A stretch of 64,000 nucleotides of DNA, taken from assembly GCA_964609855.1 (NCBI GenBank), contig CAZSTB010000001.1, forward strand, positions 119,170-183,169, written 5' to 3'. A model generated the notes under the pieces. The model was not told the origin of the DNA. It ran no database searches and was given only the letters and a program-made list of their open reading frames with translations. This DNA is from an uncultured Bdellovibrionales bacterium (GTDB taxonomy: Bacteria > Patescibacteriota > Minisyncoccia > Moranbacterales > GWC2-37-73). Positions 9,270 to 20,263 of this stretch are shown here, one piece after another. The number at the start of each line of letters is the position of its first letter. The stretch's first letter is position 1. The translations under genes were made by a program, and so were the position numbers.

Positions 9270-9965
9270 TTGACAATGATTGAATGCAAAAATATAACTA
9301 AAATTTATCGAAGCGGAGACGTGGAAACGGTGGCGCTCAAGGACATATCTTTTTCAATTGAGAAAGGTGAGTTTGTCGCAATTATCGGACCTTCAGGATC
9401 TGGAAAATCGACGCTGATGCATATTTTGGGCGCTCTCGATACGCCGACTTCAGGAACTTATTTGCTGGATGGATTGAAAGTGTCATCGCTCGATGACGAT
9501 AAGTTGTCACAACTCAGAAGAGATAAAATCGGTTTCGTCTTTCAGTCTTTCAATCTCTTGCCACGGACTACGGTGATGAGAAATGTCATGTTGCCACTTC
9601 TGTATAGTGACACGACATTAAAGGAGAGAGAAGCGCGCGCCAGGTTATGTTTGAAATATGCGGGCATGGAAGAGAATAAATTTTTTAATCTTTCCAATCA
9701 GCTTTCTGGTGGGCAGATGCAACGTGTGGCTATTGCTCGTTCGCTAATAAATAATCCTGCGATCATTTTGGCTGATGAACCGACTGGAAATTTGGACACT
9801 AAAACTAGCAACATCGTCATGGAAGCCTTTCAAGAATTGAATAAAAAAGGTCACACCATTATATTAATCACACATGAACCGGAAATCGCCGCATTTGCGG
9901 ACCGGATTATCACAATTCGTGATGGATTGATTGAGAGCGATAAAATAATGAAAGATAAATCGTAA
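9270..9965 (+). CDS. ABC transporter ATP-binding protein (MacB/LolD type)
   Basis: [33 protein letters not shown]. Confidence 0.93.
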   Translation: MTMIECKNITKIYRSGDVETVALKDISFSIEKGEFVAIIGPSGSGKSTLMHILGALDTPTSGTYLLDGLKVSSLDDDKLSQLRRDKIGFVFQSFNLLPRTTVMRNVMLPLLYSDTTLKEREARARLCLKYAGMEENKFFNLSNQLSGGQMQRVAIARSLINNPAIILADEPTGNLDTKTSNIVMEAFQELNKKGHTIILITHEPEIAAFADRIITIRDGLIESDKIMKDKS

Positions 9966-9976
9966 AAGTTAGAAAT

Positions 9977-11194
9977 ATGATCTTAGATGATTTATTGAAA
10001 GAAACCTTTTGGTCTCTTTCTGCAAACAAAGTTCGCAGCGGACTTACTATTTTGGGAATCGTTATCGGAATTGCTTCCGTGATTACAATGGTTTCTATCG
10101 GACAAGGCGCTCAAAATTCCATTCAAAGTAGTATTCAGGCAATCGGGTCAAACCTTATTATTATCAGACCAGGGGCTCAGCGAAGCGGCGGAGTGAGTGG
10201 CGGGAGCGGAAGCGGGGAAACACTTACAGTTGAAGATGCAAATGCTATCAAAAATGTCGTTGAAAATGTTGTCGCAGTTGCTCCTGAGGATTCAAAACGT
10301 GCTCAAGTTACTGCCAAGGGTACAAACACAAACACTCAAATAGTTGGGACAGTAGCTGATTACGCGATTGTGCGGAGTATCGCAATGGAGTCAGGAATTT
10401 TTATCACTGAACAGGCGGTTAAGGGATTTTCCAAAGTTGCAGTACTGGGCTCAACGACGCGAAATGATTTGTTTGGAATAAATTCTGATCCAGTCGGCAA
10501 GATTATTCGCATTAAAAATGTAGATTTCGAGGTTATTGGAGTTACTGTTGCTAAGGGTGGCAGTGGTTTTACAAATCCTGATGACAGCATCTACATCCCA
10601 ATTTCCAGCTCGCAGCATTTTATTACTGGAAATACTTTCGTGTCTTCAATCAGCGCCGCGGCATCAGATCAAGGTTCAATGACTGCGGTGCAGGAAAGTA
10701 TTTCACAGCTGCTCTTGTCGCGCCATGGTTTTTCGGATCCTAAGCAAGCAGATTTCAATCTCATGAATCAAGCCGACATAATCGCCACAGCCTCAAGCAT
10801 CACGGGGACGTTTACGATTTTACTCTCCTCAATTGCTGGAATTTCACTACTGGTCGGAGGCATCGGAATCATGAATATGATGTTGACTACAGTGACGGAG
10901 CGAACCAGGGAGATTGGCTTGAGAAAAGCTGTGGGTATCAGGAAGATTTATATTAATTTGCAATTTTTATCCGAAGCAGTGGCACTGACGTTTCTTGGAG
11001 GACTGATAGGTGTTCTACTTGGATGGGGCGCTTCGCTGGCCGTGGCTAAATTTGCAAATATGGCGACTCAAATTTCATCCTCTTCGATCCTTTTGGCTTT
11101 CGGTGTGTCTGCTGGAGTCGGAATCATCTTCGGATTCTATCCTGCGCGCCGTGCTGCAAATTTAAGTCCCATGGAGGCGTTAAGATATGAGTAA
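9977..11194 (+). CDS. ABC transporter permease (MacB/FtsX family)
   Basis: RSGLTILGIVIGIASV, GGIGIMNMML..VTERTREIGLRKAVG, YPARRAA.LSP.EALRYE. Confidence 0.93.
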   Translation: MILDDLLKETFWSLSANKVRSGLTILGIVIGIASVITMVSIGQGAQNSIQSSIQAIGSNLIIIRPGAQRSGGVSGGSGSGETLTVEDANAIKNVVENVVAVAPEDSKRAQVTAKGTNTNTQIVGTVADYAIVRSIAMESGIFITEQAVKGFSKVAVLGSTTRNDLFGINSDPVGKIIRIKNVDFEVIGVTVAKGGSGFTNPDDSIYIPISSSQHFITGNTFVSSISAAASDQGSMTAVQESISQLLLSRHGFSDPKQADFNLMNQADIIATASSITGTFTILLSSIAGISLLVGGIGIMNMMLTTVTERTREIGLRKAVGIRKIYINLQFLSEAVALTFLGGLIGVLLGWGASLAVAKFANMATQISSSSILLAFGVSAGVGIIFGFYPARRAANLSPMEALRYE

Positions 11195-11290
11195 ATAATT
11201 TCTAAGGTATATAAATTTCGTAAAATTATAAGGTTAAGCGGTGACTTTACGAAAATAATAATAATTTAAAATTTTAAAATTAAAAACATT

Positions 11291-11752
11291 ATGCAAAAGA
11301 GAAATATCGCAATCGGAGTAATTGTTTCATTGGTGCTTGTCGGTTTAAGTTTTTACGGCGGCATGCGATATCAAAATGCTAAGGATGGAAAATTGCAGAT
11401 TGTACCATCTGATAAATATTCCGGTAGCGACATTGGTGGGGGCGCCAATGTGAGGCAACGCATGTCAGGAAGTCAAAGTGGGCAAAGAACTTCGGGGATG
11501 CGACCTGGCGGAAATGGGGAAGATTTTGTCGGTGGGGAGATAATTTCAAAAGATGAAAATGGAATGACTTTGAAAGCTAAAGATGGTAGCTCAAAAATAA
11601 TTTTTTTCACTTCCTCTACAACTATTGATAAATCCGTAAATGTGCAAAGTGCGGAGCTGGAAATTGGCCAGCAGATTTCTGCCAATGGGAAAATTAGTCC
11701 CGATGGAAGTATGACAGCTCAAAATATTATAATCAGACCAAATTTAAAATAA
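11291..11752 (+). CDS. Membrane-anchored DUF5666-like protein
   Basis: TM + FYGGMRYQ, Gly-rich linker, GEIISKD...SKIIF; same architecture as 7507. Confidence 0.6.
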   Translation: MQKRNIAIGVIVSLVLVGLSFYGGMRYQNAKDGKLQIVPSDKYSGSDIGGGANVRQRMSGSQSGQRTSGMRPGGNGEDFVGGEIISKDENGMTLKAKDGSSKIIFFTSSTTIDKSVNVQSAELEIGQQISANGKISPDGSMTAQNIIIRPNLK

Positions 11753-11892
11753 GGTTTAGCTTGTTATATTATATTTCTGTATTCATTGTCGTATCTGACT
11801 GAAGTGGGAGAGAAGGCATTGTGTGTAGACGTTTGAAGTGAGGGCAGTTTAAGTTTGTGCGGCTTGTCGAGTAGTGAACATGCATAGTTAAG

Positions 11893-11917
11893 AAAAAGAC
11901 CCTTGAGGGTCTTTTTA
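11893..11917 (+). terminator. Intrinsic terminator
   Basis: AAAAAGACCC-TTGA-GGGTCTTTTT. Confidence 0.75.
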
Positions 11918-11991
11918 CTTAAGGGAATTTTTATTTTTTTAAGTAGTATTATAGTTAGTTGTAAGTTAAGCTATTAAAATTTGAAAAAAAT

Positions 11992-12249
11992 ATGTACGGT
12001 TATGATTATCCGAATATGTGCGGAGTAATTGGAGGATTCGGCTTTGGGTGGATCTTTATGCTAATCTTTTGGGGCATAATTATTTGGGCAATTGTCGCGC
12101 TGGTGCAATATGCCACAGGCAGCGATTCGCATTGGAGTAAAAAAGAAAAAGAAGATGAGGCCGTGAGAATTTTAAAGGAGCGATATGCGCGCGGTGAGAT
12201 AAATAAGGAAGAATACGAAGAGCGCAAGAGCTTGCTTGACAGACGATAA
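11992..12249 (+). CDS. SHOCT domain membrane protein
   Basis: TM then AVRILKERYARGEINKEEYEERK. Confidence 0.9.
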   Translation: MYGYDYPNMCGVIGGFGFGWIFMLIFWGIIIWAIVALVQYATGSDSHWSKKEKEDEAVRILKERYARGEINKEEYEERKSLLDRR

Positions 12250-12275
12250 CTCCAAGATATTGGCAGTATAATATT

Positions 12276-12659
12276 ATGCAATGTGGTTTAAAGAAAAAAA
12301 GTAAGCTCACTTTTGCTGAGACTATATCCGTTGTAAAGAAAAGGTTGGCGGAAGAAGGTTTTCAGATAATTACGGAAAATAATGTGCGAGCAATCTTGAA
12401 AGATACGCTCGATATTGAATTTGAAAGTTACGTGCTGCTGGGAATTTTTAATCCATCACTTTCACACAGGGTTTTGCTCTCTCAAAAAGATGCGGGCGTA
12501 TTTTTGCCGCTGCAAATTGCTATTTATGAAGAATTCGGACATATTTGGATTTGCAGTGAATCTGCCAATGACTCCATGGGCGCTGCAACTAATCCATTAT
12601 TAGCGCAAATTGCCGGAGAGATGGATATTTTAATCGGGCGAGCGATAAATCGCATTTAG
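12276..12659 (+). CDS. DUF302 domain protein
   Basis: L.EEGFQII.E..V...LK, YVLLGIFNP, GVFLPLQIAIYE (family Cys positions replaced). Confidence 0.8.
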   Translation: MQCGLKKKSKLTFAETISVVKKRLAEEGFQIITENNVRAILKDTLDIEFESYVLLGIFNPSLSHRVLLSQKDAGVFLPLQIAIYEEFGHIWICSESANDSMGAATNPLLAQIAGEMDILIGRAINRI

Positions 12660-12708
12660 TTTTGTGTTCCCGAAAGATATGCTAGATTATATATAGTCAT
12701 AACGAGAC

Positions 12709-12888
12709 ATGAAAAATATGGTTCCAAAATGGTTTATGTGGTTTTTGATATTAATAGGTTCTGCGGCGGGAGCTTATGCGCCAATGATTTGGGGTGTTGG
12801 TGGGTTCTCTTTTTCTTCGGTTATTTTTTCAGGGATAGGTGGATTTTTAGGCATTTGGATAGCGCTAAAGATAGGCAACTCCTTGTAA
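12709..12888 (+). CDS. Small membrane protein (59 aa), not in ORF track
   Basis: MKNMVPKWFMWFLILIGSAAGAYAPMIWGVGGFSFSSVIFSGIGGFLGIWIALKIGNSL; two Gly-rich TM segments; fills the gap before rarA. Confidence 0.75.
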   Translation: MKNMVPKWFMWFLILIGSAAGAYAPMIWGVGGFSFSSVIFSGIGGFLGIWIALKIGNSL

Positions 12889-12904
12889 GGTAGTTATCAC
12901 AAAA

Positions 12905-14113
12905 ATGAAAAAACAAGCACTTCTTCAAAATGCACCCTTAGCTGATCGCATGCGACCTCAAACTCTTGAGGAATTTTTCGGTCAGGAGGAATTAGTCGGG
13001 GAGGGATCATTTTTAAGGAGTGCGATTGAAAATGACCGCGTGCCGTCGATGATTCTTTGGGGTCCTCCCGGTAGCGGTAAAACAACTTTAGCATCAATCA
13101 TCGCAGGAGAAACAAAATCAGAATTTATCCAAATCAGCGCAGTAACCAGTGGAATAAAAGAACTTCGAAAGGTTATTGCTCAGGCTCAGGAAAATGAATG
13201 GCAGAAAAAGAAGACAATTTTATTTGTAGACGAAATCCACCGCTGGAATAAATCCCAGCAGGATGCACTTTTACCTCATGTGGAACACGGTTTGGTGACT
13301 TTGATCGGAGCAACTACCGAGAATCCGAGCTTCGAAGTCAACAGCGCGCTTGTTTCGCGGACGCGCGTACTGGTTTTGAAAAAACTTGAAAGTGAAAATA
13401 TTGCAAAAATAATTACGCATGCTCTAAATGACAAGGAAAAAGGTTTGGGAAAAATGCAGATTGAAATTGAGGAGGAGATGATCAAGGAAATTTCTCTGCT
13501 TGCCAATGGAGATGCGCGCATGGCGCTCAATACTGTGGAGCTTGCAGCAAATCAGAGCAAAAAAATCACTCGCGAAGTCATCAAGCAAGTTATTCAGAAA
13601 TCCCATCTCTATTACGACAAAGGCGGGGAAGAACATTACAATATTATTTCAGCGCTGCATAAATCAATGCGCGGCGGGGACGAAAACGCAGCACTTTATT
13701 GGTTGGCCCGCATGCTTGAAGGTGGAGAGCAACCGACCTATATTGCAAGAAGACTACTGCGATTTGCATCAGAAGATGTCGGGATGGCTGACAGCTTCGC
13801 TTTGGTTTTAGCTAATAACGTGTTTGATGCTTGTCATAAAATCGGATATCCGGAATGCAGCGTCCATCTCGCTCAGCTCGTGGTCTATCTTTCGAAAGCT
13901 CCAAAAAGTGTGAAAACATATTTTGCTTACAATAAGGCCAAGAAAGATGTGGAGGAATATGGCAATCTCCCTGTTCCGATGCACATCAGAAATGCCCCAA
14001 CTAAATTAATGGAAAAATTAGGCTATGGTAAGGGTTATAAATATACGCCCGTTGAAGACAGTGGGGGGCAGGAATATTTGCCAAAGGAAATAAAGAATAG
14101 AAAATATTTGTGA
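12905..14113 (+). CDS. rarA: Replication-associated recombination protein A
   Basis: PLADRMRP, WGPPGSGKTT, DEIHR, GATTENPSF, ISALHKSMRG, SEDVG. Confidence 0.96.
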   Translation: MKKQALLQNAPLADRMRPQTLEEFFGQEELVGEGSFLRSAIENDRVPSMILWGPPGSGKTTLASIIAGETKSEFIQISAVTSGIKELRKVIAQAQENEWQKKKTILFVDEIHRWNKSQQDALLPHVEHGLVTLIGATTENPSFEVNSALVSRTRVLVLKKLESENIAKIITHALNDKEKGLGKMQIEIEEEMIKEISLLANGDARMALNTVELAANQSKKITREVIKQVIQKSHLYYDKGGEEHYNIISALHKSMRGGDENAALYWLARMLEGGEQPTYIARRLLRFASEDVGMADSFALVLANNVFDACHKIGYPECSVHLAQLVVYLSKAPKSVKTYFAYNKAKKDVEEYGNLPVPMHIRNAPTKLMEKLGYGKGYKYTPVEDSGGQEYLPKEIKNRKYL

Positions 14114-14126
14114 TATTAATAACACC

Positions 14127-14558
14127 ATGAAAAGAAACTCAATAAGATTTTTTCAGTTCATTATCGTGCTTATCGGAGTTGGAGCACTTTTCTTTCTGCT
14201 TTGGGAACCACAGATAGAAGGGAGAAACACGTATGCCACACAGTTCGAAATATATTTCAAAGATCCTTTCTTGGCTTATGTGTATTTTGCATCCATTCCG
14301 TTTTTTATCTTGCTTTTTCAAGCATTCAAGGTTTTGGGAGGCGGTGGAAAAAGTTCGCAAGATGCGGTGAATGCTTTGCGGAGGATAAAATACTGTGCAA
14401 TATCTATGATCGGTTTCGTCGCAATAGGAGAAGTGTTCATTATGCTTAATAATAGCGACGATCGAGCAGGCGGAGTTTTCATGGGCATTCTCGTCACTTT
14501 ATTTTCGATTGTAATAGCTGTTACCGCGGAGATGTTCGAAAAAAAATATCGCAAATAA
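14127..14558 (+). CDS. DUF2975 membrane protein
   Basis: Four TM helices; ALRRIKYCA motif. Confidence 0.75.
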   Translation: MKRNSIRFFQFIIVLIGVGALFFLLWEPQIEGRNTYATQFEIYFKDPFLAYVYFASIPFFILLFQAFKVLGGGGKSSQDAVNALRRIKYCAISMIGFVAIGEVFIMLNNSDDRAGGVFMGILVTLFSIVIAVTAEMFEKKYRK

Positions 14559-14566
14559 GCTACTGC

Positions 14567-15013
14567 TCATTTACCGTTAAGCTTTACCATCATCAAGCTT
14601 GCTAAAATTGTGAGTAATGTTCCAAAACCAGCAACTGCCATTATCAAAATCACTGGCCAGGCAAGGGTTGTGGTGAAATATGCAAAACCCACAAATAGCG
14701 CAACCCATGCTCCGGTGCACCATGGACAATCCAAGAGATCATGCATGGATAATTTCAGACCACCGGTGGCTCCAGCGAATTGATCTCTTACGAAATCCAA
14801 AACCAGATCGTGCACCAAAAGTCTGGTTATCCTAAATGTTGCCAAGGTCAGCATGAAAAAATCAAACGTCGGAATGGAATGTGGAATCTTTCCATTGAAG
14901 CTGAGCGCCGTTAGCATCAGTAAAAAGATTGCTCCGTAAATAAGAGAAGTTATGAAATGCCAGAAATGCTGGTCTTTTTTGTTGCGCTCGTCCATAATTG
15001 TAATCGTTATCAT
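14567..15013 (-). CDS. DUF1360 membrane protein
   Basis: LATFRITRLLVHD, LLDCPWCTGAWVA. Confidence 0.85.
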   Translation of the reverse strand: MITITIMDERNKKDQHFWHFITSLIYGAIFLLMLTALSFNGKIPHSIPTFDFFMLTLATFRITRLLVHDLVLDFVRDQFAGATGGLKLSMHDLLDCPWCTGAWVALFVGFAYFTTTLAWPVILIMAVAGFGTLLTILASLMMVKLNGK

Positions 15014-15056
15014 TTAAGAGTAATACGTAGCAAGCGAAAAATAAATTCCAACAATA

Positions 15057-15085
15057 TTAAACCCCATTTTGCAGATGGGGTTTAA
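15057..15085. terminator. Terminator-like hairpin downstream of the RND gene
   Basis: TTAAACCCCAT-TTTGCAG-ATGGGGTTTAA. Confidence 0.6.
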
Positions 15086-15131
15086 TTAATTTCAACCTAA
15101 TTCCTAATTCCTAAATCCTGATGCCTAAAAA

Positions 15132-18100
15132 TTAGAACCTTTCGTTTTCATCTATAAATGTCATATATAAGGTGGGAACAATGAAGAGGGTGAAAAAGGA
15201 TGAAATGGAAAGACCGAAAATGACCGCGCTTCCCAGGGCTGTCCAGGTTTCATTGGAAAGTGTAATCGGAATGATGCCGGCAATTGTCACAATAGAAGTG
15301 ATAAAAATAGCTTCGAGTCTGGATTTTCCAGCGTCGATGATAGCTTCATTGAAAAGAATGCCAGTTTTGATATTGAGATTTATTTTGTCGATCAGGATGA
15401 TAGCATTTTTAACCACGATTCCAAAGAGAGCAAGGATTCCTATGAGCCCTGGGAAGCTCAAAGTTACCCCCAGAAGAGCCATTCCTAGGAAAACACCAAT
15501 AAGGGCCAGTGGCAAAGTTACGAGCACTATGATGGCTTTTTTGAACGAATTGAACTGTATCACAAGCGTTGAAATAATCAGGAGTGCTGCAATAGCCATG
15601 GCTCTGATAATAGAGAGAACTGACTCGGCATTCTGTTCATTTTCACCTCCAAAACTGATGACATATCCTTCAGGTAAAGAATAATTCTTGTGCATTTGGT
15701 CTTGGAATTTTTTGACAACTTCATTTGAATTAGTCGTACCGCTTACATCTGCTGTCAAAAGAACCGTCCTTTTCTGATCGATTCTGGAAATGGAATCGAC
15801 CGCAGGCGTGAGCTTGATTTGCGCCACATCCTTGATGAAAACAGGTTGCTTTTTATTATTAAGTATCTGAAGATTGGCGATGGCATCAAGCGTTGGAATG
15901 TTGTCACTTCCGAAGCGTGCCAGTACATCGATATCTTTGTTGTCGCGAATGACTGTGGTCACTGTAGTTCCAGAAATTGCAGTGCGCAAAATTGAGCCGA
16001 CTGCAGTTGCATTAAGATCATACATTTCCATTTTAAAATTATCCAAGGCAAATGTATATTCAGCTGGAGCATCTTTGAGGGAAATGTCGGAATTGATTGT
16101 GCCTTCAACTGCATCAATGATCGGTTTGAGATCGTTAGCGATCTTGTCCAAGGTCTGTAGATTTTCGCCGCTTATCTGAGCTTGAAAGGCGCTGCCTGAT
16201 GGCGGTCCTCCGCGGGGAGCGGAAACTGTAATAGTTGCATCTTGAATGTCAGAAAGTGCGCTTCTTATTTCATTTGCGATGTCGTAAGCTTTGACGGAGC
16301 GATTTTCAGTGGCTGTAAGCTTGATCGTGATAGCGGCAGTATTTGATTTGTTTGCGCCACCTCCGCCCATGCCTCCATTCGAGCCTGCATTACCGACGAT
16401 AGTTGAAAAGTTTTCTATATTTTCAATTTTCAGTAATCTGTTTTCAATTTCATTTGTGATTTTGTCGGTCTTATCCAAACTTAGTCCGACAGGACCGCGC
16501 AAGCTCACATAGAGCACATCTCCATCAGCAGCAGGGAAAAATTCCGACTTCACTACGCCAGTTATCGGCAGCGCAACTGCAAAAAGGAAGAGTGCGAGCG
16601 TTGAAAAAAGTGTAACCAGTCTTCTTTTTTTGGTACTCGTTGTCATTCTTAAATATTTTTCATAGACAGGTAGAATCTGATCAAAATGAATAATTCCGTG
16701 AATGAGCTTGCTAGCCAGTGTCGCGTCCTTTCGGTTTCCTTGAACAAGCAATTTTTGTTTGATAAGTTCATCGCTGTCCCATTCCTTTTCAGCTAAAGTG
16801 AAATTAGATTCCAACGTTATTTTGCCATTTGTGAAATACCAGAAAATCATCCAAGTAGTTATGGCGAAAGAAAAAGCTGCAAAAATATAACCGAGCGTTG
16901 AGTGTGCGGTTACTGATGATAAGCCTACCAGAAGAGTGGAGAATAGAATAAGCCAAAAGAATTTTTTGGTAAGTCTGATTCTTTCAAGCACAGCAGCCAG
17001 TGGATGATTGATCATTAAGGCGATTAACAGTGATGATACCAGTGTGACGGAAACAGTGATGGGAATTGATTTAATGAATTGTCCCATCATGCCCGAAGCC
17101 ATTAAGAGTGGCAAGAATGCCCAGACCGTTGCGAACGTTGTGGAAACTAAAACTACTTTGAAATCATTAAGCACAAGTAACACTGCTTCTTCCGGCGTAT
17201 ATTTCCCAGTTTTCATATACTGCTTGGTGGCGCTAACCACCACGATCGCGTCATCAACCAAAAGTCCAAGTGAAAGAAGTAGTGCAAAAATTGAAAGAAA
17301 ATTTAGCGACGTTCCCGTGGCCTGCATTACTCCAAACGTCACAAAGAAAACCAGGGGGATTGCAATTCCGGCCACGAAAGCTTCTTTTAGTCCGACGATT
17401 AAAAATAATATTCCAACCACCAAAATCAATGTCAACATGAAATCATGCGTCAATTGATCGAAATCTTTTCTAATTCTATCTGCTTGATTTACAGTGTCGT
17501 CATAGGCGATACCAGCTGGGAAAGTTTTGATCATCTCATCCATTTTCAGGTGAGCGCTGTCGACGCTGTCGATAATCGAGCCGCCTGTTCTCTTGACGAT
17601 TTGTAGGGTCACTGCGTTTTCTGGTGCATTTCCCGCAATAGAGAGACGGGAGTATAGAGTTTTTTCAATTGATTTTTCCTGCACTGCAGCAATATCTTTC
17701 AAAAAAACAACAGCACCTTGTTCGCTGTGAGTAATGGGAATTTCGCCTAATGTTTTGGCGTCGTAAAATCTTCCATCAGTTCTCACTGGGTAATTGAATT
17801 CACTCCCCTTGAAATTGCCGGCAGGAATTGCACGGTTGGCGAGTGCGATTGCGCTATTTGCTTGATCTGCTGAAATATTGAAAAGTGTTAATTTTTGCGG
17901 GTCATAAGCTACTTCGAATTCACTTTGGTCTCCTCCTGAAATATTCACCTCGCGAATTCCGGGAATTTTTTCAAGCTCATCTTGCATTTTTTCGGCATAC
18001 GTCCTCAATGTAAAACCATCATAGGGACCGACCAGTGCAAAGGTCACGATCGGCGTATCATCCAAAGAAATTTCGCGCACCTCGGGTTCATTTGCATCAG

Positions 18101-18542
18101 CTGGCAGATCTTGTTTGATGGCTGGCAGCTTGTCTCGCAATTTTCTTACGGAATCTTCGACATCCTGATCGGCTTCAAATTCAACGACGACTGTCGAAAA
18201 AGAGTTGGCAGAAGTAGAGGTTAATTTTTTGATACCAGTTATGCCGGAAACATTGGTCTCAATTTTTTTGGTCACCAATTCTTCCACATCAGAAGGAGAA
18301 GCGCCCGGATAAGCTGCGCTCACAATGGCTGTAGGAATTTTTACTTCAGGATTAGATTCAAGTGGGAGTTGTAGGAAAGAGTATATGCCCCAGCCTGAAA
18401 TTAAAATGATGAGCAGAACTACTACTCTAAAGTTTGAGACGAAAAAATTCAGCCAAGTATTTCTTAGTTCAGGTCTGAATTCAAGTTTTTCCAAATATGC
18501 GCCGTCACTCGAGGTGGCATGATTATTATTTTGAGTTTCCAT
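15132..18542 (-). CDS. RND efflux permease (AcrB family)
   Basis: YPGASPSDVEELVT, GLLVDDAIVV, GIVVKNAIILID, RLEAIFITS. Confidence 0.95.
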   Translation of the reverse strand: METQNNNHATSSDGAYLEKLEFRPELRNTWLNFFVSNFRVVVLLIILISGWGIYSFLQLPLESNPEVKIPTAIVSAAYPGASPSDVEELVTKKIETNVSGITGIKKLTSTSANSFSTVVVEFEADQDVEDSVRKLRDKLPAIKQDLPADANEPEVREISLDDTPIVTFALVGPYDGFTLRTYAEKMQDELEKIPGIREVNISGGDQSEFEVAYDPQKLTLFNISADQANSAIALANRAIPAGNFKGSEFNYPVRTDGRFYDAKTLGEIPITHSEQGAVVFLKDIAAVQEKSIEKTLYSRLSIAGNAPENAVTLQIVKRTGGSIIDSVDSAHLKMDEMIKTFPAGIAYDDTVNQADRIRKDFDQLTHDFMLTLILVVGILFLIVGLKEAFVAGIAIPLVFFVTFGVMQATGTSLNFLSIFALLLSLGLLVDDAIVVVSATKQYMKTGKYTPEEAVLLVLNDFKVVLVSTTFATVWAFLPLLMASGMMGQFIKSIPITVSVTLVSSLLIALMINHPLAAVLERIRLTKKFFWLILFSTLLVGLSSVTAHSTLGYIFAAFSFAITTWMIFWYFTNGKITLESNFTLAEKEWDSDELIKQKLLVQGNRKDATLASKLIHGIIHFDQILPVYEKYLRMTTSTKKRRLVTLFSTLALFLFAVALPITGVVKSEFFPAADGDVLYVSLRGPVGLSLDKTDKITNEIENRLLKIENIENFSTIVGNAGSNGGMGGGGANKSNTAAITIKLTATENRSVKAYDIANEIRSALSDIQDATITVSAPRGGPPSGSAFQAQISGENLQTLDKIANDLKPIIDAVEGTINSDISLKDAPAEYTFALDNFKMEMYDLNATAVGSILRTAISGTTVTTVIRDNKDIDVLARFGSDNIPTLDAIANLQILNNKKQPVFIKDVAQIKLTPAVDSISRIDQKRTVLLTADVSGTTNSNEVVKKFQDQMHKNYSLPEGYVISFGGENEQNAESVLSIIRAMAIAALLIISTLVIQFNSFKKAIIVLVTLPLALIGVFLGMALLGVTLSFPGLIGILALFGIVVKNAIILIDKINLNIKTGILFNEAIIDAGKSRLEAIFITSIVTIAGIIPITLSNETWTALGSAVIFGLSISSFFTLFIVPTLYMTFIDENERF

Positions 18543-18591
18543 AAAGGTATCTTTAGTTATTCAGCTTGAGTTATCAGTAAGCTTTTGAAAA

Positions 18592-19698
18592 TTACTTTTT
18601 TAGCTCCACGGTTTCTCCGTCGCGAATTAATTTGTTTCCATCGACAATGATCTGAGTTTGATTAGGGATCGCCGCTGAAACCTCAGCCAATTCGCCGCTT
18701 ACATGCACCACGTCAACAAGAATTTTTTTAGCAACATTATTTTCTAAAACAAAAATATAACTTTCATTTTGACCTATGCCGATTGCGGACAGAGGTAGGA
18801 GGAGATTTTCAGGTTTTTCAACTGTCGCAATACTTTCAATGGTAACGGTAGCGATTGTTCCTGCTAGAAGAGGGGAGTCGGTAGTATTTTTCGGATAGGC
18901 TTCAATCAAAAAACGTTTCGTTATCGGGTCTGCAGCAGAAGCAATATTTCTTACCACTAAAGAATAAGCATTTCCATTGGCAGCAACGGCTGAAACTTCC
19001 TGTCCACGTGTAATTTTCTCTTTTTCAGTTTGATCGACATAGAACTTTACTTTCACATTGAATGATTTGCTGATACTGGCAATCAGTTGTCCGGCGGAAA
19101 CAGAATCCCCAATAGAAACGGCCTTGTTAGTGATGACACCAGAGATAGGACTAGTTATTAAGCGGTTATCCACATTTCCCTCAAGTCCCAAGGCTGCATT
19201 TTCAAATTGTAATTTGGCAATATCTTTCTGCGCCTTGGCGCTATCTTTCTGCGAGTTAGTAGCTTCGCTGGAATCTTTCAGGTTATCGTACAAATCTTTT
19301 GCTAATTCATAAGATTCCTTAGCCTGCTTGGCGGCAATTTCTGATTGCTGAACTTGCAGGCTTTTTAAACCCTGATCTCCAACTGCGATGTTTCCTGTGT
19401 CATCAATTTTTGCCAGAATAGAACCGGCCCTTACTGAATCTCCGATATTTGAGGGTGCGAAAGTGATAGTCCCGGAAGACTTGGCGGTAATTTTTATTTC
19501 CTGGTCGCCAACAATGCTGGCAGGATACTTTCTTGTCTGCGAAAACGTTTTTGTGTCAGAGGCAAGTTTTGCGGAGACTTTTGTGATTTTCTTTTCTGGT
19601 TGACTGGAATCTGTGGCGGCTTTTTGAGGTAGTCGCATCGCGATTATAAAGAGAGCTGCGATTGCTAGTGTAGATGCGATGATTTTTTTCTTGTTCAT
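18592..19698 (-). CDS. RND membrane fusion protein
   Basis: Likely start MNKKKII at 19698; ITSPISGVIT lipoyl motif. Confidence 0.9.
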   Translation of the reverse strand: MNKKKIIASTLAIAALFIIAMRLPQKAATDSSQPEKKITKVSAKLASDTKTFSQTRKYPASIVGDQEIKITAKSSGTITFAPSNIGDSVRAGSILAKIDDTGNIAVGDQGLKSLQVQQSEIAAKQAKESYELAKDLYDNLKDSSEATNSQKDSAKAQKDIAKLQFENAALGLEGNVDNRLITSPISGVITNKAVSIGDSVSAGQLIASISKSFNVKVKFYVDQTEKEKITRGQEVSAVAANGNAYSLVVRNIASAADPITKRFLIEAYPKNTTDSPLLAGTIATVTIESIATVEKPENLLLPLSAIGIGQNESYIFVLENNVAKKILVDVVHVSGELAEVSAAIPNQTQIIVDGNKLIRDGETVELKK

Positions 19699-19735
19699 AA
19701 TTTCTTTACTGTAATTTATATTATTTGGCATCGAT

Positions 19736-20197
19736 TTAAAATCTAAATAGTTTTTCCAGTTCGCTTTCGCTGTTGTCCATGATGTCGTTAAGTTTTTGCA
19801 TGAACGCTTCATGCTGGGTTATTTCGTTTTTGCTTAATTTTTTCTCAACCGAAATTTTGGCCTTGGTCATGACTTTACGCATTTCTTTTAATTTCTTCTG
19901 ACCTTGGTCTGTAAGCAGCACTTTTACTTTACGTTTGTCTTTTTTGTCGGTTGCATAATCCCTCGTTATTAATCCTTCTTTTTCTAGAAAACTTAGCCGT
20001 TGGCTGATATTAGACTTGGTGGAATTGCTCAGCTCGATTATTTGACTTGGAGTCAATGATTTGTGATGAGAAAGCATACCCAAGATTTTCACGCTAGTTG
20101 AAGATAGCCCCATTGGGATAAAGATATATTTGTTGGCCATTGCTTCAATGCGATGCGCCAAACACACTATTGAGTGCAGGCTCGAATCGTTATGCAT
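19736..20197 (-). CDS. MarR family transcriptional regulator
   Basis: wHTH: LTPSQI..SKSNISQRLSFLEKEGLITR..DKRKVKVLLTDQG. Confidence 0.92.
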   Translation of the reverse strand: MHNDSSLHSIVCLAHRIEAMANKYIFIPMGLSSTSVKILGMLSHHKSLTPSQIIELSNSTKSNISQRLSFLEKEGLITRDYATDKKDKRKVKVLLTDQGQKKLKEMRKVMTKAKISVEKKLSKNEITQHEAFMQKLNDIMDNSESELEKLFRF

Positions 20198-20212
20198 ATT
20201 TGAGTGATTGTT

Positions 20213-20259
20213 AGATTGTTAACGTCTACATAGTTTATCAATAAACCATCTTTTGTCAA
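20213..20259 (-). promoter_or_regulatory. Promoter and putative MarR operator
   Basis: Minus strand TTGACA-16 bp-TAAACT with extended TG; imperfect palindrome TAGA-ttGTTAACg-TCTA at the predicted start site. Confidence 0.55.
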
Positions 20260-20263
20260 GGCA